Below, one piece after another: positions 10,439 to 19,474 of a DNA stretch of 64,000 nucleotides. Each line of letters starts with the position of its first letter. Positions within the stretch are counted from its first letter, which is position 1. A program made the position numbers and the translations under genes. The notes beneath the pieces are model-generated. The model was not told the DNA's origin and made no database searches. It saw only the letters and a list, made by a program, of their open reading frames with translations. Source of the stretch: Gammaproteobacteria bacterium (GTDB lineage Bacteria; Pseudomonadota; Gammaproteobacteria; Steroidobacterales; Steroidobacteraceae). The stretch is from positions 25,913 to 89,912 of the forward strand of contig JANYJY010000010.1 in NCBI GenBank assembly GCA_025358295.1, read 5' to 3'.

Positions 10439-11251
10439 TCAGCCGGAGGGGCCGCCGCTCCAATTGGGGGGTCTCTTTTCGATGAACGCCGCGACGCCCT
10501 CTTGCGCTGACGCGTCGATCATATTGCAGGCCATGGCATTGCCCGCCAGCTGGTAAGCCGGCTCGATACCCAGTTCGATTTGGCGGTAGAAAAGGCTCTT
10601 GCCCGCCGCAATCGCAGCGCCCGGCTTCGCCGCGATCGCGGCCGCCACGGCATCGATTTCCGCATCGAGGCGCTCGGCCGGAACGCAGCGATTGATGAGC
10701 CCGCGCTGCGCGGCGGCCGCGGCATCGATGAATTCGCCCGTGACCAGCATCTCGAATGCTGCCTTGCGGCCCACATTGCGCGTCAGCGCCACCGACGGCG
10801 TGGCGCAAAATAAGCCCACATTGATGCCGGACACCGCGAAGCGCGCGGTATCGGCGGCGATCGCGATATCGCACATGCCCACGAGTTGGCAGCCGGCGGC
10901 GGTCGCCATGCCATGCACGCGCGCGATGACCGGTTGCGGCAACGACTGGATGCGCATCATCAAGCGGCTGCAGTCATCAAACAATCCTTGGTAATACTCC
11001 AAACGGGGATTGGCCTTCATCTGCTTCAAGTCATGGCCTGCACAAAACGCCTTGCCGGCGCCGCCGAGTACAACGACGCGCAGGCTGGGATCGGCCGCCA
11101 CCGTTGCAAGTGCATCCTGCAAGGCGGCCATCATCGCCTCGGACAAGGCGTTGAACTGCGCCGGACGATTCAGCGTGAGGTACGCGATACTGCCGCTGCG
11201 GCGCTGCAGAACCAGGGGATCGACTTCGGTCTTGGGGGCATCCGCGTTCAT
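10439..11251 (-). CDS. Enoyl-CoA hydratase/isomerase family protein
   Basis: About 270 aa from the ATG at 11251 (MNADAPK...), which follows an AAAGGAG SD. The listed start at 11287 is a TTG. Crotonase motifs: [12 protein letters not shown] and AFCAGHDLK. Confidence 0.85.
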   Translation of the reverse strand: MNADAPKTEVDPLVLQRRSGSIAYLTLNRPAQFNALSEAMMAALQDALATVAADPSLRVVVLGGAGKAFCAGHDLKQMKANPRLEYYQGLFDDCSRLMMRIQSLPQPVIARVHGMATAAGCQLVGMCDIAIAADTARFAVSGINVGLFCATPSVALTRNVGRKAAFEMLVTGEFIDAAAAAQRGLINRCVPAERLDAEIDAVAAAIAAKPGAAIAAGKSLFYRQIELGIEPAYQLAGNAMACNMIDASAQEGVAAFIEKRPPNWSGGPSG

Positions 11252-11334
11252 TCTTGCAACTACACTCCTTTGCGTGAGTTTACGCAATTTATTCTCGAGA
11301 CATTACCTTATAAATATATCTTATAGGGTTGTTT

Positions 11335-11826
11335 TTATTCGTTTTTAGAATGCGCCAGCCCTTGCGGGCGCATGGCGACGAGATTGATGCTACGGCAGGT
11401 GAACACGATTTCGTCGCGCTGATTCAGCAAGCTGTAGCGAAGATCGACGATACCGCGGTTCGGATCTTTGCCGCTCACGCGCTTGGAGAGCGGTTCGGCG
11501 CGGGCACGCAGCGTATCGCCGGGCCTTACGGGGTTCGGCCAGCGCACATCCTCCCAGGCCACGCCGCAAATCCAATGAATGTCGCCGCTGATCTCATGAT
11601 CGAGGGTGCGCCAGAGGGCTGCGCTGTGAATGCCGGAAGCTATCACCTCGCCGAATATCGATTCTTTCGCAGCGACCGGATCGGCGTGAAAGTACTGTGG
11701 ATCATAGCGACGTGCGAATTCGAGCAACTCCTCGAGCTCGACCTTGCGGGCACTTGACTCACGCACATCGCCGATGACAAGGTCCTCGTAATAGCGACCG
11801 GCGGCAGCAGCAGCCGGCGCAGTCAT
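11335..11826 (-). CDS. MaoC-like (R)-specific enoyl-CoA hydratase / hot-dog fold dehydratase
   Basis: 163 aa. The hot-dog fold pattern is ...FARRYDPQYFHADPVAAKESIFGEVIASGIH.... Confidence 0.85.
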   Translation of the reverse strand: MTAPAAAAAGRYYEDLVIGDVRESSARKVELEELLEFARRYDPQYFHADPVAAKESIFGEVIASGIHSAALWRTLDHEISGDIHWICGVAWEDVRWPNPVRPGDTLRARAEPLSKRVSGKDPNRGIVDLRYSLLNQRDEIVFTCRSINLVAMRPQGLAHSKNE

Positions 11827-11840
11827 GGAGACTCCTGCCG

Positions 11841-12425
11841 ATGAACGCCAACCAATCGTCCCGTGAAAAGGCTCTTACCCTCGAACAGCGCATTGCACGC
11901 CTCGAGGCGCGCACGGAAATACGCGAACTGGTGGCGCGCTATTGTTTCACCGTGGATGAGCGCGACGTGGAAGGCATTGGCCAATGCTTTACCCGCAACG
12001 GATGCTTCCGATCGTTGGACGGGGTCATGAATGCCACCGGTCGCGACGTGGTGGTCGCGCAGTTTCATGGACGCTTTGCCGTGCTCGGTCCGAGCAATCA
12101 CTTCACTCACGATCACATCATCGAATTCGACGAGCGCGACACCGCGCGCGCCACCGGCCTGGTCAATTCCCATGCCGAGGTCGTCCGTAACGATGCGCCG
12201 ATGCTGGCTTCACTGCGCTACCACGACGAATATCGCTTCGAGGATGGCCGTTGGCGGTTCGAGGCACGCACACTCTCCTTCTTCTATTACCTACGGCCGG
12301 CCGACTATCCGCAGGCCATGGGCGACATACTGCGCAACCGCGCCTATGAGAAACCGCAATCCGCCGATTTCCCCGAATCAGTGCCGAGCTGGCATCGCTA
12401 CTATCAGGAACACCCGCGTCCCTAA
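11841..12425 (+). CDS. NTF2-like (SnoaL_4-type) protein of unknown function
   Basis: 194 aa. The pattern LEARTEIRELVARYCFTVDERDVEGIGQCFT...RYHDEYRFEDGRWRF is typical of SnoaL-like/NTF2 cone proteins. Confidence 0.65.
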   Translation: MNANQSSREKALTLEQRIARLEARTEIRELVARYCFTVDERDVEGIGQCFTRNGCFRSLDGVMNATGRDVVVAQFHGRFAVLGPSNHFTHDHIIEFDERDTARATGLVNSHAEVVRNDAPMLASLRYHDEYRFEDGRWRFEARTLSFFYYLRPADYPQAMGDILRNRAYEKPQSADFPESVPSWHRYYQEHPRP

Positions 12426-12433
12426 CGCCCCGT

Positions 12434-14386
12434 TTATTGCGCTCGATAGGCCAGCAGCACATTTCCCGGCATGTGGAAATAGATTCCATAGCCTGAGTTG
12501 ACGATGACGAAACCGTCGCGGACAGCTGCGCCGGGACCGCCGAAGGAGCCGCCGTGAGCGGTGGCGCCCGACGTCGTGCGAACCTCCTGCGTGGTGTCGA
12601 ATTCCTTCAGCACCGCGCCGGTCTTGCCGTCGTAGGCGCGGAAGCGTCCGTCCATATGCCCGGCGAACACCACGCCGGGAACTGCAGTGACCGCCGCGGA
12701 GATGCCCGAATCGCAGAACGGCCGTCCCGCGCACACATCCGTCGCCGGCGTGGTCCACAGCACCTTGCCGGTGGCGGCATCGACCGCCGTGATTCCCGGC
12801 TGCGGCGCTTCCTTGGATGTGCGCCCCGTGTGCTCGTCCTTCATGTCGGATATGCCTGCGTAAATACGCGTGCCTTCCACGGCGACGCCGAAATGAATCC
12901 CGCCCTGGATGCCGCCGCGGCCGACACGCGTTTTCCACAGCAGCTTGCCGTGATCGTCGGGATCGAGGCCGAATAGCCAGCCGTTTTTCTGTGCTGCGAT
13001 GAGAATGTCGTGACCCGATGGCAGGGGCACCAGCACCGTGCCCGCACCGAAATCAACGTCTGGACCGTTCTCGGCCGGACAATTCGGATGGTCTATCGCC
13101 ATCATGCAGCCGACATTCCAGGCATCCCCGGCGAGCGCCTGGTAGGACCACATCATGTGACCGTCGCGCAGGCGAAATGCCAGCACCGAATCGCTGGTAT
13201 CGCTCGCCGGCGAGGAATAATTCTCGCCCGTGCCCACATACACCACGCCGCGCTTCCAATCCACCATGGGACTGTTCCAGATCGGCGCACCCGAGGGCGC
13301 GAAGATCCGCTTGCCGCTGGCCAGGGTCTTTACCGCGACCGGTTCCTGAGGAATCGAATAGGCCTTCCAGCGCTGCACGCCGTCGCGCACATTGAGCGCG
13401 ACTACTGCGCCGCGGAACTTGCAGCATTCGTAATTGGCATCGGCTGCGGTGGTCACCTCCAAAGAGGAGATGGGCACATACAGGGTCTCGGCGCTGAACG
13501 TCGGCGTCGCAGTGATGGTGGCGTTGGGATGATCGTCCACCTTGGCGCTCCACGCGAGCTTGCCGGTGAGCGCGTCGATGGAATACACGCGTGCGATCAC
13601 GTCGCCGAAGAACAATCGCCGCACCGGCTTGCCGTCGGCGTCCTTTTGCTCGTACGGCACGACGCCGGTGCGTACTTCGGCGCCCGCCTTGAAGGTCCAG
13701 CGCACGCAGCCGCTGCTGCGGTCGAGGGCATAAACCGTGCCGTCATAGCTGCCGACGTACACCGCCCCATAGGCAATGCTGGGCTGCGAACGGGCGCGAA
13801 TACCGCCGGGAAACTCGAAGGCCCAGGCGAGTTGCAGGTTGCGGACACCGGCCGCCGGCAGGCCTGCCGCGCCCGAGTCGACGAAGCGCGAATTGTTGTA
13901 GCCCCAGCCGGCTCGCAAAGGCGCCTCGGCCGTATCGAATTGCGCAGCCGCAGCCAGGCACATTTTCGGATGAGCATAATTCCGCGCCGCCGTGAGCGGA
14001 CCGCCGGACAGATATTCGGCCACCTGCACTCGCTGCGGCTCGCTCAAGGCCTGCGCCTGGCCCGCCATGAGCCCATGGGTGAGCGCCTCGTGAATGGTGG
14101 GCCCCGACAACATCTGCAAGAACATTTTTTGCGGCGCCTTCGGCACCTGGCCTTCATGACATTGCGCGCAATGATTCTTGAACACGGCGGCGCCGGGCAA
14201 AGTTTCCGGATCCACCGCCAGCTTGCGGGTGTCGAGTTCCGACACACTCTTGAGCGCATGCGGCGTTTCCGTGGTCTCAGGAGCTGCGGGGGGCACCGCA
14301 GCCATGGCTGCGCCGGTGGCGACGATACTGCAGGCCGCAAAGCAGCTCAGCAGGAATCCATGGCGCCTACTTTGTATATGTCTCAT
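12434..14386 (-). CDS. Exported quinohemoprotein: N-terminal cytochrome c domain + PQQ beta-propeller dehydrogenase (polyvinyl-alcohol-dehydrogenase-like)
   Basis: 650 aa. Has a Sec-type signal (MRHIQSRRHGFLLSCFAACSIVATGAAMA), a CAQCHEG haem c site, and repeated W-containing propeller blades (e.g. GSYDGTVYALD, GKLAWS). The start ATG overlaps the E1-beta stop (ATGA). Confidence 0.85.
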   Translation of the reverse strand: MRHIQSRRHGFLLSCFAACSIVATGAAMAAVPPAAPETTETPHALKSVSELDTRKLAVDPETLPGAAVFKNHCAQCHEGQVPKAPQKMFLQMLSGPTIHEALTHGLMAGQAQALSEPQRVQVAEYLSGGPLTAARNYAHPKMCLAAAAQFDTAEAPLRAGWGYNNSRFVDSGAAGLPAAGVRNLQLAWAFEFPGGIRARSQPSIAYGAVYVGSYDGTVYALDRSSGCVRWTFKAGAEVRTGVVPYEQKDADGKPVRRLFFGDVIARVYSIDALTGKLAWSAKVDDHPNATITATPTFSAETLYVPISSLEVTTAADANYECCKFRGAVVALNVRDGVQRWKAYSIPQEPVAVKTLASGKRIFAPSGAPIWNSPMVDWKRGVVYVGTGENYSSPASDTSDSVLAFRLRDGHMMWSYQALAGDAWNVGCMMAIDHPNCPAENGPDVDFGAGTVLVPLPSGHDILIAAQKNGWLFGLDPDDHGKLLWKTRVGRGGIQGGIHFGVAVEGTRIYAGISDMKDEHTGRTSKEAPQPGITAVDAATGKVLWTTPATDVCAGRPFCDSGISAAVTAVPGVVFAGHMDGRFRAYDGKTGAVLKEFDTTQEVRTTSGATAHGGSFGGPGAAVRDGFVIVNSGYGIYFHMPGNVLLAYRAQ

Positions 14387-15405
14387 GCCCTGTCCTCGTC
14401 CTTTAGTGCTTGGCGGATGGCTGCTTCGATTCGCGGCGGCCCGGGTACGTACAGGCGCTCGAGCGCCGGCGCGAACGGAATCGGCGTATGCGGTGGCGTC
14501 ACTTGGATGATGGACCGCTTGAGCGAGCGAAAGGCTTTTTGCCCGACGATGGCAGCAATATCGCTGGCCATGCCGCAGCGCGGCGGCGATTCATCGACGA
14601 TGACCAGCCGGCCGGTTCCTTGCACGCTTTCAATGATGGTGTCCTCGTCCAACGGCGAGGTGGTGCGCGGATCGATGAGATCGCAGGTAATCCCCTCCTT
14701 GGCGAGTGCATCGATGGCGCGCTCCGCGAAGGGCACCATGCGTGCAATGGCGACCACGGTCACGTGCTCGCCTTCGCGCACCAGAGCCGCCTCACCGAAG
14801 GGCACGGTGTAGGCAGCCTCCGGCACCTCGCCCTTGCGTGGATACAGCGCCTTGTGCTCGAAGAAAATCACCGGATCATCGTCGCGGATGGCCTGGATTA
14901 ACAGACCTTTCGCGTCGTAGGCATTGGAAGGGACAACGACTTTCAATCCGGGCACGGCCGTCAGCAGCGAATAGATGGCCTGCGAATGCTGCGGCCCCAT
15001 GTTCATGCCCGCGCCCATCGCCATGCGGATGACGACCGGGCAGGTGCTCTTGCCGCCGAACATGTAGCGAAACTTGGCTATCTGGTTGTAGATCTGATCC
15101 ATGCACACGCCGACGAAGTCGGCGAACATGATTTCAGCGACCGGCCGCAGGCCGGCCAGCGCCGCGCCGGCAGCGGCGCCAACGATAGCCGATTCGGAAA
15201 TCGGCGTATCGATCACGCGGTCCTCGCCGAACTTGGGCAACAGCCCTTTGGTCACGCCGAAAATACCGCCCGAGGCTTCACGCTCGCCGGAGGTGCCGCC
15301 GGCGCCGCCGGAGACATCTTCGCCGAGCACGATGACGCGTTCATCGCGCGCCATCTCTTGGTGCAGTGCTTGGTTGAGCGCATCGCGCATAGTGATCTGC
15401 GGCAT
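14383..15405 (-). CDS. TPP-dependent dehydrogenase E1 component, beta subunit (AcoB-like)
   Basis: 340 aa. Motifs include VIVLGEDV, VIDTPISESAIVGAAAGAAL and a transketolase-like C-terminal domain. Confidence 0.9.
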   Translation of the reverse strand: MPQITMRDALNQALHQEMARDERVIVLGEDVSGGAGGTSGEREASGGIFGVTKGLLPKFGEDRVIDTPISESAIVGAAAGAALAGLRPVAEIMFADFVGVCMDQIYNQIAKFRYMFGGKSTCPVVIRMAMGAGMNMGPQHSQAIYSLLTAVPGLKVVVPSNAYDAKGLLIQAIRDDDPVIFFEHKALYPRKGEVPEAAYTVPFGEAALVREGEHVTVVAIARMVPFAERAIDALAKEGITCDLIDPRTTSPLDEDTIIESVQGTGRLVIVDESPPRCGMASDIAAIVGQKAFRSLKRSIIQVTPPHTPIPFAPALERLYVPGPPRIEAAIRQALKDEDRA

Positions 15406-15429
15406 GATGAAATGAGTGTCCCTGGGAAT

Positions 15430-16410
15430 TCAGTACTGGATGTAGACGTCTGAGTAGAGATCCGCTTCGACAGGAGGCAGTGCGGCCTTGGCCTCCCTGA
15501 CGGCGGCATCGATCTGCGCCACGGCCTCTTGATCGATGGCGTCGAGCTCCGCCTGCGGCACGGAGCGATCGGCCTCGGTGCGCGCCCGGAAGCGCTTCAG
15601 GCAGTCCATGGTTACGCGCAGCTTCGCCACCTCATCCTTGGCACGATAGTTTTGTGGGTCGCCTTCGAAGTGGCCGTAGTAGCGCGTGATCTTGGCTTCG
15701 ATGGTGCTCGGGCCCTCGCCGTTCTTGGCGCGCGCCACGGCGCGCCCCATGGCGTCGTACATGGCGTGAAAATCGGCGCCGTCGACACACTCGGCGGGCA
15801 TGCCGAAGGCGCGGGAGCGTCCGGCGAGATCGCGCGAGCCCACGGCGTAGGCAGCTCCGGTGTGTTCGCTGTAGCCGTTGTTCTCCAATATGAATATCGC
15901 CGGCACGCGCAGCACCACGGCCATGTTCATGGCCTCGAAGACCGTGCCCTGATTGGCGCTGCCGTCGCCGCCGAAGGCCACACTCACGAAGCGGTTGCCA
16001 CGCAGCTTGCAGGCGATCGCGGCGCCCACCGCGATGGGCGGACCGCCGCCGACGATGGCGTTGGCGCCCAACATTCCCTTGGTCATATCGGCGATATGCA
16101 TGGACCCACCCTTGCCATGGCACAGACCGTCCTTGCGTCCGTAAATTTCCTTCATCATCCCGCCCACATCGCAGCCCTTGGCAATACAGTGGCCGTGCCC
16201 GCGGTGCGTGCTGACGATGTAGTCGGAGTCGCTGAGCTGCTCGCACACACCCACCGCGACGGCCTCCTGCCCCGCATACAGATGCGTGAACCCCGGGATC
16301 TCACCGGTGGCAATCTCGACATGCAGTCGTTCTTCGAACTCGCGGATGAGCTTCATCTGCCGGTAGGCGCGCAGCAGCCGCTCCTTGCTTAAGTTCACAC
16401 TGAAGGTCAT
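15430..16410 (-). CDS. TPP-dependent dehydrogenase E1 component, alpha subunit (acetoin-dehydrogenase AcoA-like)
   Basis: 326 aa. Has STHRGHGHCIAKG and the GDGSANQG TPP motif, which I recognise as the AcoA-type signature rather than PDH or BCKDH E1-alpha. The start overlaps the Rieske gene stop (ATGA). Confidence 0.9.
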   Translation of the reverse strand: MTFSVNLSKERLLRAYRQMKLIREFEERLHVEIATGEIPGFTHLYAGQEAVAVGVCEQLSDSDYIVSTHRGHGHCIAKGCDVGGMMKEIYGRKDGLCHGKGGSMHIADMTKGMLGANAIVGGGPPIAVGAAIACKLRGNRFVSVAFGGDGSANQGTVFEAMNMAVVLRVPAIFILENNGYSEHTGAAYAVGSRDLAGRSRAFGMPAECVDGADFHAMYDAMGRAVARAKNGEGPSTIEAKITRYYGHFEGDPQNYRAKDEVAKLRVTMDCLKRFRARTEADRSVPQAELDAIDQEAVAQIDAAVREAKAALPPVEADLYSDVYIQY

Positions 16411-17798
16411 TTACCCTCTCCTAATGTCCATGTGCCGCGAGCGGTGCCCGGCGGAAACAAATAGTCGTCGATCACTTTGTGAAAGTGTCGGATGCGCAGT
16501 TCCTGGCGCCCCAGCCACAGGCCGCGGAAGCCGCGCGAATGCATCCCGGCCTGCACATTCGGCAGATTGGCGGCGTCCTGATCGAGCACCAAGCCGATGG
16601 ATTTGTCGCCGTGTTTCCACTCCTGGTGCTTGGCGCGCTGCGGCCATTCCTGCCCCGCCGGGATCAGCTCATAGGTCCAGATGTCGTAGTACATCTTGTT
16701 CGGATCCGTGGCATGCGGCCGCTGGCGAAACACCCAGAAGTCATCGGCATGCAGATTGAGCGAGAGATTGGGGAAAATCGTGTAGTGATAGTCATCCGTG
16801 AGCTGATCGTCGTTCAGCTCCGAATAATCCCTGCCCTGCCCGGCGCCCCGCGCCCGCTTCTGTTTCTGCACGTCGCGGCGAATATTGGCGATCGGCTCAT
16901 CGTAGTCGGCCGGATCCATGCCCGCGCCCTTCATGATGGACTTGATGGAATCGGGAATGGTGTTCGGCTTGCGCACACGCGGCGACAAGGTCGCGAAGGG
17001 AATGAGGTAGCGATTGTGGCGATCGTAGCAATCGATCTGAATGTCCAGGTCGTGCAGGTACCAGAGCAACTGCGGATGAATGCCCTGAACGTGATAGCTC
17101 TCGTTGAAGGCATCGACGGAGGCCTTCCAATTGCAATCCCACTCCACAGTAATGTCGCGCGTCTGCACCATGCGCTCGAAGTGATAGGGATCGAGATGCT
17201 GAGGGATGGGCCGCAGAAATTCCTCCAGCGGCTCGGCATCCGGATTCATGGAGAACCACACAAAGCTGCCCCACTCCGTGCACTTCACTTCGCTCATGCC
17301 GTAGGGCGGCGCGCCCTGCTCAAAGGTGTCGAGATCGGGAATGCGCCGGTACGAGCCGTCGAGGTTGTATTCCCAGTGATGGTAGAGACACTTGAAGGTT
17401 TGGCTGGCCCCCGCCGAGCCCCGGCCGCAGGGGCGCAAGCGATTGCCGCGGTGCTGACAGACATTGTAAAAGCCGCGCGCGCTGCCGTCGGCCTGCCTGA
17501 CGACGATGATGGACTCCGCGCCCACTTCGGTCACGATGTAGTCGCCGGGTTCCGGCATGTCGAGCGAGCGGCCCGCGACCAGCCACACCTTGGTCCACAT
17601 CCGTTCCCACTCTAGCCGCATGAATTCTGCGGAGGTATAGCGGCGCTGATCGATCACGCCTGCCTCGAGCACAGGGTCCGGAACTTTTTCGTGCGGCGTG
17701 CCGGGCAACACGCCGTTGCGGCCGTCCGCACCCGGCTTGACCCGCGGCACCTTGGTATAGGGCGGAGATTTCGAGCGGCTGTGCAAATCGTCGGACAT
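16407..17798 (-). CDS. Rieske [2Fe-2S] non-haem-iron oxygenase, alpha subunit (paralog 1)
   Basis: About 463 aa. Has Rieske CQHRGNRL...CLYHHW and the mononuclear-iron motif NESYHVQGIHP. The listed start at 17804 is a TTG; the ATG at 17798 lies 2 nt after the ThuA-like stop. Confidence 0.88.
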   Translation of the reverse strand: MSDDLHSRSKSPPYTKVPRVKPGADGRNGVLPGTPHEKVPDPVLEAGVIDQRRYTSAEFMRLEWERMWTKVWLVAGRSLDMPEPGDYIVTEVGAESIIVVRQADGSARGFYNVCQHRGNRLRPCGRGSAGASQTFKCLYHHWEYNLDGSYRRIPDLDTFEQGAPPYGMSEVKCTEWGSFVWFSMNPDAEPLEEFLRPIPQHLDPYHFERMVQTRDITVEWDCNWKASVDAFNESYHVQGIHPQLLWYLHDLDIQIDCYDRHNRYLIPFATLSPRVRKPNTIPDSIKSIMKGAGMDPADYDEPIANIRRDVQKQKRARGAGQGRDYSELNDDQLTDDYHYTIFPNLSLNLHADDFWVFRQRPHATDPNKMYYDIWTYELIPAGQEWPQRAKHQEWKHGDKSIGLVLDQDAANLPNVQAGMHSRGFRGLWLGRQELRIRHFHKVIDDYLFPPGTARGTWTLGEGK

Positions 17799-17800
17799 GA

Positions 17801-18598
17801 TCAATTCCTCGTGCCGCGCGGCATCGACGCCCAGCGTATCCCTCGCCGCAGCAGCTCATGATACACAGGCAATTTCCAGCTGCCGCGTTCCACCGTGGGG
17901 TATTCCGCCATCATCGGACGCATATCGTACTTGCCTCGACAATGCCCGAGCGTGCAATACAACACCTCGCCCCCGGCGTAGGGATGCAGATACATCACCA
18001 GCTGCCGGTCACCCGGCATCTCAGTGCCCTGGCTGCCGGTTTCCGACACGGGCCGCGGCCACAGCTGCGCCGTGAATCCCGGAGCCTCGCCCCGATAATT
18101 CGTATGCAGCAGAGCGTGCTGAGTCCCATGGTACTCGCACAGGTACAGCTCATCGTCCACCTCGAAGGGTTCGATGCCCGCAACCAGGGGATGCGATGAA
18201 TCGCTCACCTCAACCTTGTAAGGGGCGATCGGCGGATGCGCGACGAATTGGCTGCCCAGCATGGCCATGAAATCCGGCGCGGTTCGCGGCGCATCCCAGC
18301 CGCGGCCCTTGAGAAATCGCAGCACCGAATTCGTGCCGTGCAGCGCCAGCCAGCGTCGTCCGGTTGACAAAAAATCGCGTAATGCAGACTGTTCGGCGTG
18401 CGCCGGAATGACGTCGCAGGTGTAGGTGATGAGAAAATCGCTGGCAGCGATCGCCGCGACGTCGCGGTAATCCTCGGCCACGCGAACGCGGATGTGCTCG
18501 TGCTCGGCAAGCAGCTTCAGGATCTCCAGCCGTGCGTAATCCATGTCGTGGTATAGCCCGCCACAAACCAGGTAGCCGTTCACTGGAGCAGTTGCCAT
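17801..18598 (-). CDS. ThuA-domain (class I glutamine-amidotransferase-like fold) protein
   Basis: 265 aa. The layout is ...DFLITYTCD...WLALHG...FVAHPP...F.VDDELY, as in ThuA-like proteins. Family assignment is from memory of the domain pattern only. Confidence 0.6.
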   Translation of the reverse strand: MATAPVNGYLVCGGLYHDMDYARLEILKLLAEHEHIRVRVAEDYRDVAAIAASDFLITYTCDVIPAHAEQSALRDFLSTGRRWLALHGTNSVLRFLKGRGWDAPRTAPDFMAMLGSQFVAHPPIAPYKVEVSDSSHPLVAGIEPFEVDDELYLCEYHGTQHALLHTNYRGEAPGFTAQLWPRPVSETGSQGTEMPGDRQLVMYLHPYAGGEVLYCTLGHCRGKYDMRPMMAEYPTVERGSWKLPVYHELLRRGIRWASMPRGTRN

Positions 18599-18639
18599 GG
18601 CAGCCTGCTAGCGCGTTGGCATCGCCGCGGCGCGGGCGA

Positions 18640-19401
18640 TCATAACTGCACGCGTTTCGTGAAGCCGTTGTCGGCCACGATGTTCGCGCCGGTGACCAAG
18701 CTTGAGGCCGGGCTCGCAATGAAAACGATGATGCGCGCGATTTCTTCCACTGTGCCCATGCGCCCGCAGGGGATCTGTTTCATGATCGAGTCGAAGAACT
18801 TCGCCTGAGTGCCCTTGATCATCTCCCAGGCACCGCCTTCGAAGTAGATCGGTCCGGGCGACACGGTATTCACACGTACGGCTTTCTTGCCCACATATTG
18901 CGACAGCTGCTTGGAATAGGTAATCAATCCGGCCTTGATGGCGTTGTAGGCCATGGGCGCGGCAAAGGTTTCCACCGCATTGGTCGAGCCGATGATTACG
19001 ATGGAACCGGATCCGGATTTCTCCAGATGCGGCATGAGCGCCTCGCAGCCGCGCACGGTGTGCAGCATGTCGATTTCGAAATTCCGCACCCAATTCTTTT
19101 CACTGTCCATGCCGCCGCCGCCGCTGACACCGGGAATGAATATGTCGCAGCCGCCGAGCGCGGTTGCCGCCCGCTCCAACCACGCCTTGTACGCCTCACC
19201 GTCGCGCACGTTCACGGCCTCACCGAACACTTCCACGTCGGGGCGTTTTACGGCTTCAACCGCCTGGGCGACTTCCTCCGGGGTACGGGCGCAGAATGCG
19301 ACATTGACGCCCTCGGCCACCAGCAGTTCGACCACACCGCGTCCGATGCCCTTGGTCGCACCCGTGACTATTGCTCGCTTGCCCCGTAGCCCAAGATCCA
19401 T
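18640..19401 (-). CDS. Short-chain dehydrogenase/reductase
   Basis: 253 aa from the ATG at 19401 (MDLGLRGKRAIVTGATKGIGRG), with a GGAG SD upstream. Catalytic motif YNAIKAG. The listed start at 19452 is a TTG that would run into the palindrome at 19451. Confidence 0.85.
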   Translation of the reverse strand: MDLGLRGKRAIVTGATKGIGRGVVELLVAEGVNVAFCARTPEEVAQAVEAVKRPDVEVFGEAVNVRDGEAYKAWLERAATALGGCDIFIPGVSGGGGMDSEKNWVRNFEIDMLHTVRGCEALMPHLEKSGSGSIVIIGSTNAVETFAAPMAYNAIKAGLITYSKQLSQYVGKKAVRVNTVSPGPIYFEGGAWEMIKGTQAKFFDSIMKQIPCGRMGTVEEIARIIVFIASPASSLVTGANIVADNGFTKRVQL

Positions 19402-19450
19402 TGCATCGCTCCTCAAATGACGTAGTGTAGTCGTCGTCGCCCCGTAAAAC

Positions 19451-19468
19451 AAACAGTCAAGACTGTTT
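19451..19468. promoter_or_regulatory. Island palindrome site 1: AAACAGTCAAGACTGTTT (perfect 8+8 inverted repeat)
   Basis: Lies in the intergenic gap, about 50 nt upstream of the SDR ATG at 19401 that heads the SDR - ThuA - Rieske - E1ab - PQQ operon. An A-run precedes it and a T-run follows. Confidence 0.6.
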
Positions 19469-19474
19469 TTTATG

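Noticed and set aside
11306-11328. AT-rich CTTATA-N7-CTTATA direct repeat between MaoC and the enoyl-CoA hydratase as a special regulatory element
   Set aside because: On the coding strand it reads as TATAAG-type -10-like hexamers upstream of the hydratase start, so it is most simply an ordinary promoter. It is unrelated to the island palindrome, and a similar CTTATAAA near 20333 is too short to mean anything.
12434-14386. Calling the island a polyvinyl-alcohol degradation cluster on the strength of the PVADH-like quinohemoproteins
   Set aside because: Only the dehydrogenase architecture (cytochrome c plus PQQ propeller) matches. I found no oxidised-PVA hydrolase or beta-diketone hydrolase, and the remaining gene content is unrelated to the known pva operon. 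I keep this only as one hypothesis.
14383-16410. Annotating the E1 pairs and E2 as pyruvate dehydrogenase or branched-chain 2-oxoacid dehydrogenase
   Set aside because: Both E1-alpha copies carry THRGHGHCIAKG, which I associate with acetoin-dehydrogenase-type E1. In addition, the components are split over three operons without an E3. Phylogeny is needed to be certain.
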